From Veleropilina oligotropha (Eukaryota), in contig JBEUKZ010000054.1 of the NCBI GenBank assembly GCA_048128005.1, forward strand, positions 992,001 to 1,056,000: a stretch of 64,000 nucleotides of DNA. The letters are read 5' to 3'. Positions within the stretch are counted from its first letter, which is position 1, and each line of letters opens with the position of its first letter. Below the pieces are notes generated by a model. That model saw nothing but the letters and a program-made list of their open reading frames with translations, was not told the DNA's origin and ran no database searches. Below are positions 9,100 to 19,500 of this stretch, one piece after another. A program made the position numbers and the translations under genes.

Positions 9100-9400
9100 A
9101 ATAGTGCTGGGCGCTTTATTTTCCCATTCTAAAAAGTCCAATCACGCCCCCTGCTGCTGAGTTGAGATCCATATTAATTCTGAAAAGTGCTGGGAGCCTT
9201 AATTTCCCTCGCCGCACCCCCAGATAAAAGGTATGGTCACCACCCCCGGAACCGGTGCTGGGAGCCTTATTTTCCCATTATAAAAGGTATGATCACCCCC
9301 TGCTGCTGAGTTGAGATCCATATTAATTCTGAAAAGTGCTGGGAGCCTTAATTTCCCTCGCCGCACCCCCAGATAAAAGGTATGGTCACCCCCCCTGCTG
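9100..9400 (+). repeat. ~150-bp tandem duplication with TATA-like motifs (candidate promoter/origin)
   Basis: ~94 nt CCCCTGCTGCTGAGTTGAGATCC...GATAAAAGGTATGGTCAC at ~9147-9240 and ~9296-9389; GTGCTGGGAGCCTT repeated; TATAAAAGG at ~9279. Confidence 0.8.
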
Positions 9401-9448
9401 CTGCTTTGTTAAATATTACCTGCGGGATTATTCAACTGGTGCTGATGG

Positions 9449-10700
9449 GTTGAGCAGCTTACAGTGTGTTGCTGCTCAACGATGTATTGTTAGACCGAGG
9501 TCGTCTAATCAGTGAGTATTCTTTCTTGATTAATCAATTAAATACTTCGTGCTGACGCAATGTTATTGTTATGCCTAGCTATTCTATGAAATAGACATTA
9601 TGAGGCGATTCAATGTATGTTCATTTCTTAAAAACATTTTAAGATCTTGATATTTTCATGTCATACCTGAGTATTTTGACAAGCCAGTTCACATTGAATT
9701 TAATAAATAATTATATTGCTAAAAGTCTTAAAAGAGTTTGAGGTTCAATATTATTGATGTTCTATGCTGTATAGAACATACGATGTTCAAGACATTGAAA
9801 AAAATTTAATATTTGCTTCCTTAGAATTTATTTTTAAGTAACATGTTGTACATGTTAGCCTTTCGCAAGTTGGTCATGCGAATCATTATTAATATCGATT
9901 ATTTATAATAATCTATTAATTCTTTGCTTATGATTTGATATCTTCACTACCTAGCTAGTAGGTTCCGTGTGCTTACAAATCCGACTGCTTCCTCTGGCTA
10001 CCGGCCTATGGCCAGGAGTACCATTTGGCTGCCACTGGCCCATGACACGTAAGACCTACAAGGATAATCCTTCCGGCCGTGCCTGGGGCTGAGTGCACTT
10101 CCGCTTCACCTCGTCCGACTAACACCACGGCGTATTCTCCCGGTAACACTGGTCGAAATTCTCGCTTGGTAAGGGTAGAATAATACTCAGTAAATTCCAC
10201 TCTGGGCGGACACAATCGACGCTTCATGCTGATTGAAATGGTGAAAAGTAAGTCATAATCTTGTTTGGGTTTGTTGTAAGGAACTTCTTACCCACCTATC
10301 CAAGGTCATTCTGGCAAGAGTAAGGACGTAAGTATGTTTGTAACTACATATGAGGTTTTTAATTAAACCTAATATTAGTTAAAACATACTTACGTCCTTA
10401 CTGCGATTACCCACCCTGCGTTTCGCATTCCTCCCCTCTTACTAAGTTCCTTTGGGGTTCTGAACTTTGAATTGAGGTCTTGTGACTTTGATAGCTCGGA
10501 TGTCTCGCGAGACTTGGCGAGATCTCGCTGGGGGAACTTAGGAGAGGTGGAGCAGGGGAGGTAATCGTAGTGGTTTTGACTTAAAAGGAGTGCATAATGT
10601 GACTTTATTCACTGTTTCCGGTTGGCGATAATATGACTATTATGGCAAGAGTAAGGACGTAAGTATGTTTAACTAATATTAGGTTTAATTAAAAACCTCA
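9449..10700 (+). ncRNA. Candidate large structured non-coding RNA (or folded ssDNA terminus) of the element
   Basis: More than 15 short and long-range inverted repeats, many nested, with G-T wobbles that pair only on the + strand. No credible + strand ORF. Confidence 0.6.
10319..10700. repeat. 84-nt imperfect hairpin (10319-10402) plus 51-bp inverted repeat (10351-10402 vs 10650-10700)
   Basis: AGTAAGGACGTAAGTATGTTT...AAACATACTTACGTCCTTACT. TGAGGTTTTTAATT...CCTTACT is the reverse complement of 10650-10700 except for one T. Confidence 0.95.
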
Positions 10701-10983
10701 TTTAGATTTACCCTTGTCCGTTCATCCCATCCCGAAAACCAGTATTTGTGTGCAAGTAACTCAGATCTTGGCTGCCACTGAGGGCATTCGTGTCCTATAT
10801 TTTATGAATTTAACATAATCTGAATCATTTTTCAATTTCACGATGTTAAACATATTGTATGGAAATATTTTGAAAACTGTTTGTTTATCAGTGTGAAATT
10901 ATGAATGATAGCATGACTAATTCACTTTCAACTTCTTTTTGGTAAAAGATGTTGATCATGTAATATTAAATGATATACTAGTA

Positions 10984-13048
10984 CAGTGGATTCCACTTAA
11001 TTGCATAACGCTTAATTGCATATTTCGGATATTTGCATAAAATCTGCAGGAACAGAATAGATTACTATTATTATCATATGCAAATAATCGCTTAATTGCA
11101 TGCATAATTACCGGATTTTCGCTTATTTGCATAAGAAATTTTCGACTGCATAATTGACAAAACAATACATAATTGATAATAAAATCGTTAAATTGATCAA
11201 AATACTTGCGTATTTGCCAGTATGTCTTGCTACGCCATCGTAAAGATGTTTATTCAACAGTAACGTTCGAAGTTTAACCATTTCTGCAACCGCGTGGGTT
11301 TCAAAATAATTTTTACTTCCGGAACAAGTCGGAACTGGAAGTTCGGTAAACATCGTTTCAGTGCTAAATGTTACGGAAATGAGTGATGTCAATCGGCGAT
11401 ATTATGGGATGGCGGATATCGATCGCTCAATTGGATAATCGGATTAAAAATCTATTGTCCAGAGTCCAAATGACAGACTTGGGGGTTTATCTGAACGCAA
11501 AATCAAAGATTATCAATAATGCTTACGAATCGATGTAAAAGGTGCCGCTACATGTATTCATGTGAACATCACTTAGTTCGCCGATAATTCTTACAAAATT
11601 AAAAATATCTCCCTAGATTTGATTTCGTAAACGTAGCATCGTCGTTGAGAACTATCGTGATTTAATTATTTTTTTAATTTATATATGAAGACAACGTCTT
11701 AAAAGTTTTTTTATATCATATCATAATTTATCACATATCTAGGTCATTCTCCCATAGTGCAACACCGTGTATTATTCGTCGTAATAAATGTGTGTCTACA
11801 GCCATATCCAAATGCGATTGGATGAATTAATGAATGAAATTAGAACAGCCAATAGAAATGCGTGTCACTAAAGGTCGAGCGCACTTCTTGTTTTTACTAC
11901 GTTTTGTTTACTATAATGTCATAATGAGATTGCCGCCAATATTTGTAATGTTGACAATATGGCGGCGATAGTGGAAACATTTATAGCAACGGCCACAAAA
12001 CAACAACATGTTAGAGATTATTGGAACTGATTTTGAGGTAACGAGATTGCGGACGCGACAATCACATATATGCAGGACCCGCGGTAAGTATACATAGCTT
12101 CTCCGCGATAGCAGACGTCAATGACAGATTCTAACCGGTCAGCGACACATATCCCGCGTTTCTGTTTTTGGCAGATAGTTTTAAATCCTAATGAAAATTG
12201 TTATTCTAATATGTTCATTATATAGTTTATATAAAGTTATATCGGTTCATTTTCAAAGAATATTTATTAGTTAACTTAATTAATCAACTACTTTCGCACT
12301 CTTATTAGACTGCATTTTTACTAATTTATGTAATGAGTAAAAACGATGTCCTTTTTGCATTAAACTGTTTACATATCACTACGCCGTAATGTCGCCTTCA
12401 ATCTACTGCTGAGGCAATTTCGTGAGTTTGTAGTTTGTTTCCTACCGAAGAGCGATATGTGATAAACAGAACCTCACACTCGTGGTAATGTAATATCACA
12501 TTTATGAAACTCGTTTCATAAATGTGATATTACATTACCACTCATATGAGATCCTCTATATACTGGAATAATGAAATATCGCTAGAAATAATTATTCAAT
12601 AATTGTAAAACAAATCTGTTTGAGATTAAAACATATGCTAAATTTTCAAAATGGCGGCCGATAATGCGACACGTGTTCAGCAGAAGAGAAACGTTCAGAA
12701 TATGAATTTCCACACCATAGTAATCTATGAAATGCGACGATACGCTTTCGAAACATATATGAATTCTACTGAAATAGGCTAGTCACCTTCAGGTCAGAAT
12801 AACCACAAAATGTTGTCTATACAATCCGTATTCATGGAAGGAAAAATACATTATGCAAATTCTCCTTTGCAAATAAATTTATTACCATGACATATATTTA
12901 TAATGAACCATTTAAATACAAGTAATTATCATTGATAATTTCCGGCGAAAAATAATTTCCGAAATTTACACAATGGTTAAACGCATAATTCGGTAAATTG
13001 CATAAATAATCGCGACAATCTTACTATGCAAATAAGCGGAATCCACTG
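10984..13048. mobile_element. Tc1/mariner (pogo/Tigger-type) non-autonomous element
   Basis: TA|CAGTGGATTCCACTTAATTGCATA ... TATGCAAATAAGCGGAATCCACTG|TA; homologous to 45609-46891 in opposite orientation. Confidence 0.88.
11728..12559 (-). mobile_element. Nested non-autonomous repeat with TATAGAGGAT end and long subterminal palindrome
   Basis: Absent from the second copy of the host MITE (empty site near 46110). Perfect 29-bp-arm palindrome at 12482-12541. Family uncertain. Confidence 0.6.
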
Positions 13049-13223
13049 TATTATATTTTTATGGTTTTAATATTATATAAAGAATAACCCTGGTAAACAT
13101 TGTGATTATTTTTCAACACTGTTTGCTCTCACTCAAACCATAACTTTTATCCTCCAAATTGTATTATTCATTTAAACAGTAATTATTATTGTTAATATTT
13201 AATTTAGTGTGTTTTTCTTTCAG

Positions 13224-13505
13224 ATCGTGTTGGAAACTTTGACGTTTCCGATTGTCTCCCCTGCACTGCTGGACAATTTTGTCAGGAATATGGCCGCGCC
13301 CTTCCTAATGGCGACTGTGACCCCGGCTATTATTGTCCTGAGGGCCAAGACAGTCCAACGCCAGTCATTTACGGATGCAGTCCTGGTCATTTCTGCCCGA
13401 CCGGAAGTTGGAATGAGACTGGATGCCCATCCGGGACATTTCAACCGCACTGGAAGCGATCGAGCTGCGACATATGCCCGGCGGGAAGCTACTGTAAAGC
13501 ATTTG
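13224..13505 (+). CDS. Cys-rich repeat gene, exon 1 in window
   Basis: tttcag|...|gtgag; DRVGNFDVSDCLPCTAGQFC...CPAGSYCKAF. Confidence 0.9.
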
Positions 13506-16500
13506 GTGAGGATTAATGTCGGTGCAAATTTAAAAAATATTGTAATTGAGTATACTTAGGGCTATTCCAATAAAATATCTACCCCACTCCCTGACAAAAG
13601 AGGACCACCAACAGTAGTTATTTATTTAAACAGTGATAAATAATAGAATAATTTTCTATATTTTGTGACCACCCATAGATGCGATATATACCTGGAGTCA
13701 GTGGGTGGGTGAGATATTTAACTGGAATAGCCCTTAGTGTTTGAGACATTCTTGCTTTGCTAATATAAGATTGTTGGACTTTAATTATAATCATTATGGT
13801 CATTTATAATATTTATAATTCTTCTCTATATACAGGCATTATTAGCTATCTTTAGATAAACTTTTAATAATGTGGCAAAAATAGTACATTCAAAGGTGAT
13901 TGATGCATTTTCCAAGGTAACAAGTCATTTGTTTCATTTTATTAAAATGGAAAACAGATAACAAGATTCACGCATAATGTTGAAATATCCTTAAATCTAA
14001 AATTTGAAAGTACTCTGATACCAAATGAAAGATGATGATAGTAACTAGCTAGTTACTATTACTAGGTCAGTTAATATGTAATTTTCCAAATGAATAATTA
14101 ACATTAATTTGAATAGCAAATAGAAACAAATAATATACATTAATTTAAATATTTTCGTAAGTAAAGATTTACACCTATTTTTATTCTGTAGGTGATTATG
14201 AGGTGTTGGACGACGTTAACATCACCACCTCAGGAAACTTCACTGGTCGATATCGGAGTTACAGGGGTGTCTCTGTACCCCCTACTTGCCCGGCTGGATC
14301 CTACTGTCCAGAAGGCACCATGTTTGAGACCGAATTCCTCTGTCCAGCCGGCAGCTACAGTAGCCAGACTGGACTGTCAACTGCTGGTCAGTGCACACCG
14401 TGCGCTCCCGGCAGCTACTGTAGTGGTCAAGGTGAGTCACTGCTCATCTTGTTTTGGTCCTCATCTGTCGAGTGTTTATTTCGTATATGTTATATCACAA
14501 GGTTGTGTTGACCAGTCGGTGAAATCAGTCCTTCAACTAAACAATGATGTTCATAATGAAGTTCAGATAAAACAATGTTGCAAAATGATTTAAAGCAATA
14601 ACAACTGTGTTATAAAACAGTAAACTTAAGGAAGGGTTTTCTCTAATTTGCATGCTTGTCTACTTACAAATACACAATATCATTATACCGTAAAAGAGCT
14701 CGATCGTCGAATCACGGTCCCTGTAATTCTTCGTGTCGTGCTGGCATGCACTAGTGTGTGATGATATATCGACATATGAAACAATCACAGAGTACTGTGT
14801 AAGGTTAGCAGGTGAAATACGCAAATTGGTGCTTTTGCGGAGATAGGAGTTCAATGCTACAATTTCATTTCAATATTTTCTGAGTGGTTAATGCATTGGA
14901 CACTCACGATCATCTGAGAAGTTAGAGGGACGCGGTCGCGTGGTCGATGTGGATTGTTAGAGGGATGCTGTCTCATGGTCGATGTGGATTGTAAGAGGGA
15001 TGCTGTCTCGTGATCGATGTGGACTGTTAGAGGGATGCTGTCTCGTGATCGATGTGGACTGTTAGAGGGATGCTGTCTCATGGTCGATGTGGATTGTAAG
15101 AGGGATGCTGTCTCGTGATCGATGTGGACTGTTAGAGGGATGCTGTCTCGTGATCGATGTGGACTGTTAGAGGGATGCTGTCTCATGGTCGATGTGGATT
15201 GTAAGAGGGATGCTGTCTCGTGATCGATGTGGACTGTTAGAGGGATGCTGTCTCGTGATCGATGTGGACTGTTAGAGGGATGCTGTCTCATGGTCGATGT
15301 GGATTGTAAGAGGGATGCTGTCTCGTGGTCGATGTGGATTGTTAGAGGGATGCTGTCTCGTGATCGATGTGGATTCTTAGAGGGATGCTGTCTCGTGGTC
15401 GATGTGGATTGTTAGAGGGATGCTGTCTCGTGGTCGATGTGGATTGTTAGAGGGAAGCTGTCTCGTGGTCGATGTGGATTGTAAGAGGGATGCTGTCTCG
15501 TGGTCGATGAGGATTGTTAGAGGGATGCTGTCTCGTGGTCGATGTGGATTGTTAGAGGGATGCTGTCTCGTGGTCGATGTGGACTGTTAGAGGGATGCTG
15601 TCTCGTGGTCGATGAGGATTGTTAGAGGGATGCTGTCTCGTGATCGATGTGGATTCTTAGAGGGATGCTGTCTCATGGTCGATGAGGATTGTTAGAGGGA
15701 TGCTGTCTCGTGGTCGATGTGGATTGTTAGAGGGATGCTGTCTCGTGGTCGATGAGGATTGTTAGAGGGATGCTGTCTCATGGTCGATGTGGATTGTTAG
15801 AGGGATGCTGTCTCGTGGTCGATGTGGATTGTTAGAGGGAAGCTGTCTCGTGGTCGATGTGGATTGTAAGAGGGATGCTGTCTCGTGGTCGATGAGGATT
15901 GTTAGAGGGATGCTGTCTCGTGGTCGATGTGGATTGTTAGAGGGATGCTGTCTCGTGGTCGATGAGGATTGTTAGAGGGATGCTGTCTCATGGTCGATGT
16001 GGACTGTTAGAGGGATGCTGTCACGTGGTCGATGTGGATTGTTAGATGGATGCTGTCTCGTGGTCGATGTGGATTGTTAGAGGGATGCTGTCTCATGGTC
16101 GATGTGGACTGTTAGAGGGATGCTGTCACGTGGTCGATGTGGATTGTTAGAGGGATGCTGTCTCGTGGTCGATGTGGATTGTTAGAGGGATGCTGTCTCA
16201 TGGTCGATGTGGATTGTTAGAGGGATGCTGTCTCGTGGTCGATGTGGATTGTTAGAGGGATGCTGTCTTGTGGTCGATGTGGATTGTTAGAGGGATGCTG
16301 TCTCGTGGTCGATGTGGATTGTTAGAGGGATGCTGTCTCGTGGTCGATGTGGATTATAAGAGGGATGCTGTCTCGTGATCGATGTGGATTGTTAGAGGGA
16401 TGCTGTCTTGTGATCGATGTGGATTGTTAGAGGGATGCTGTCTCATGGTCGATGTGGATTGTAAGAGGGATGCTGTCTCGTGGTCGATGTGGATTGTAAG

Positions 16501-19500
16501 AGGGATGCTGTCTCATGGTCGATGTGGATTGTAAGAGGGATGCTGTCTCGTGGTCGATGAGGATTGTTAGAGGGATGCTGTCTCGTGGTCGATGTGGATT
16601 GTTAGAGGGATGCTGTCTCATGGTCGATGAGGATTGTTAGAGGGATGCTGTCTCGTGATCGATGTGGACTGTTAGAGGGATGCTGTCTCGTGGTCGATGT
16701 GGATTCTTAGAGGGATGCTGTCTCATGGTCGATGTGGATTGTTAGAGGGATGCTGTCACGTGGTCGATGTGGATTGTTAGAGGGATGCTGTCTCGTGATC
16801 GATGTGGACTGTTAGAGGGATGCTGTCTCGTGGTCGATGTGGATTCTTAGAGGGATGCTGTCTCATGGTCGATGTGGATTGTTAGAGGGATGCTGTCTCG
16901 TGGTCGATGTGGATTGTTAGAGGGATGCTGTCTCATGGTCGATGAGGATTGTTAGAGGGATGCTGTCTCGTGATCGATGTGGATTGTTAGAGGGATGCTG
17001 TCTCGTGGTCGATGTGGATTCTTAGAGGGATGCTGTCTCATGGTCGATGTGGATTGTTAGAGGGATGCTGTCTCGTGATCGATGTGGACTGTTAGAGGGA
17101 TGCTGTCTCGTGATCGATGTGGACTGTTAGAGGGATGCTGTCTCGTGGTCGATGTGGATTCTTAGAGGGATGCTGTCTCATGGTCGATGTGGATTGTTAG
17201 AGGGATGCTGTCTCGTGGTCGATGTGGATTCTTAGAGGGATGCTGTCTCATGGTCGATGTGGATTGTTAGAGGGAAGCTGTCTCGTGGTCGATGAGGATT
17301 GTTAGAGGGATGCTGTCTCGTGATCGATGTGGATTGTAAGAGGGATGCTGTCTCGTGGTCGATGTGGATTGTTAGAGGGATGCTGTCTCGTGGTCGATGT
17401 GGATTGTTAGAGGGATGCTGTCTCGTGGTCGATGTGGACTGTTAGAGGGAAGCTGTCTCGTGGTCGATGTGGATTGTAAGAGGGATGCTGTCTCGTGGTC
17501 GATGTGGACTGTTAGAGGGAAGCTGTCTCGTGGTCGATGTGGATTGTAAGAGGGATGCTGTCTCGTGGTCGATGTGGATTGTTAGAGGGAAGCTGTCTCG
17601 TGGTCGATGAGGATTGTTAGAGGGATGCTGTCTCGTGATCGATGTGGATTGTAAGAGGGATGCTGTCTCGTGGTCGATGTGGATTGTTAGAGGGATGCTG
17701 TCTCGTGATCGATGAGGACTGTTAGAGGGAAGCTGTCTCGTGGTCGATGTGGACTGTTAGAGGGATGCTGTCTCGTGGTCGATGTGGATTGTTAGAGGGA
17801 TGCTGTCTCGTGGTCGATGAGGATTGTTAGAGGGATGCTGTCTCGTGGTCGATGTGGATTGTAAGAGGGATGCTGTCTCGTGGTCGATGTGGATTGTAAG
17901 AGGGATGCTGTCTCGTGGTCGATGTGGATTGTAAGAGGGATGCATCTCGTGGTCGATGTGGATTGTTAGAGGGATGCTGTCTCGTGGTCGATGTGGATTG
18001 TAAGAGGGATGCTGTCTCGTGATCGATGTGGACTGTTAGAGGGATGCTGTCTCATGGTCGATGTGGATTGTAAGAGGGATGCTATCTCGTGGTCGATGTG
18101 GACTGTTAGAGGGATGCTGTCTCGTGGTCGATGTGGATTGTTAGAGGGATGCTGTCACGTGGTCGATGTGGATTGTTAGAGGGATGCTGTCTCGTGGTCG
18201 ATGTGGATTGTAAGAGGGATGCTGTCTCGTGGTCGATGTGGATTGTAAGAGGGATGCTGTCTCGTGGTCGATGAGGATTGTAAGAGGGATGCTATCTCGT
18301 GGTCGATGAGGATTGTAAGAGGGATGCTATCTCGTGGTCGATGTGGATTGTAAGAGGGATGCTATCTCGTGGTCGATGTGGACTGTTAGAGGGATGCTGT
18401 CTCATGGTCGATGTGGATTGTAAGAGGGATGCTATCTCGTGGTCGATGTGGACTGTTAGAGGGATGCTGTCTCATGGTCGATGTGGACTGTTAGAGGGAT
18501 GCTGTCTCGTGGTCGATGTGGATTGTTAGAGGGATGCTGTCTCATGGTCGATGTGGATTGTTAGAGGGAAGCTGTCTCGTGGTCGATGTGGATTGTTAGA
18601 GGGATGCTGTCTCGTGGTCGATGTGGACTGTTAGAGGGATGCTGTCTCGTGATCGATGTGGATTGTTAGAGGGATGCTGTCTCGTGGTCGATGTGGATTG
18701 TTAGAGGGATGCTGTCTCGTGGTCGATGTGGATTGTTAGAGGGATGCTGTCTCGTGGTCGATGAGGATTGTTAGAGGGATGCTGTCTCGTGGTCGATGAG
18801 GATTGTTAGAGGGGTGCTGTCTCGTGGTCGATGTGGATTGTTAGAGGGATGCTGTCTCATGGTCGATGTGGACTGTTAGAGGGATGCTGTCTCGTGGTCG
18901 ATGTGGATTGTTAGAGGGATGCTGTCTCATGGTCGATGTGGACTGTTAGAGGGATGCTGTCTCATGGTCGATGTGGATTGTTAGAGGGATGCTGTCTCAT
19001 GGTCGATGTGGACTGTTAGAGGGATGCTGTCTCGTGATCGATGTGGACTGTTAGAGGGATGCTGTCTCGTGGTCGATGTGGATTGTAAGAGGGATGCTGT
19101 CTCGTGGTCGATGAGGATTGTAAGAGGGATGCTATCTCGTGGTCGATGTGGACTGTTAGAGGGATGCTGTCTCGTGGTCGATGTGGATTGTTAGAGGGAT
19201 GCTGTCACGTGGTCGATGTGGATTGTTAGAGGGATGCTGTCTCGTGGTCGATGAGGATTGTAAGAGGGATGCTATCTCGTGGTCGATGTGGACTGTTAGA
19301 GGGATGCTGTCTCGTGGTCGATGTGGATTGTTAGAGGGATGCTGTCACGTGGTCGATGTGGATTGTTAGAGGGATGCTGTCTCGTGGTCGATGTGGATTG
19401 TAAGAGGGATGCTGTCTCGTGGTCGATGTGGATTGTTAGAGGGATGCTGTCTCGTGATCGATGTGGATTGTTAGAGGGATGCTGTCTCATGGTCGATGTG

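Larger units (their letters stand above)
1..10700. mobile_element. Endogenous Polinton/Maverick-like virus (right part; left end outside window)
   Basis: Intronless, tightly packed, GC-richer ORFs encoding a capsid-like protein, packaging ATPase, rve integrase and PolB-helicase fusion. The right end is inferred at ...AAAAACCTCA (10700), after which AT-rich host-type DNA resumes. Confidence 0.88.

Noticed and set aside
10006..10227. 73-aa minus-strand ORF in the terminal region
   Set aside because: Short, no motifs, and lies in a segment better explained by + strand base pairing; not fully excluded.
9449..10640. Group I/II intron, rRNA fragment or Pol III transcript
   Set aside because: No group II domain V, group I core or rRNA signature recognised by eye; internal T4-T5 runs argue against Pol III. 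An Rfam search is still needed.
10351..10700. Independent MITE with 51-bp TG...CA TIRs
   Set aside because: No TSD (TACATA vs TTTAGA), and its interior pairs with sequence outside it (10228-10257), so it appears integral to the viral end.
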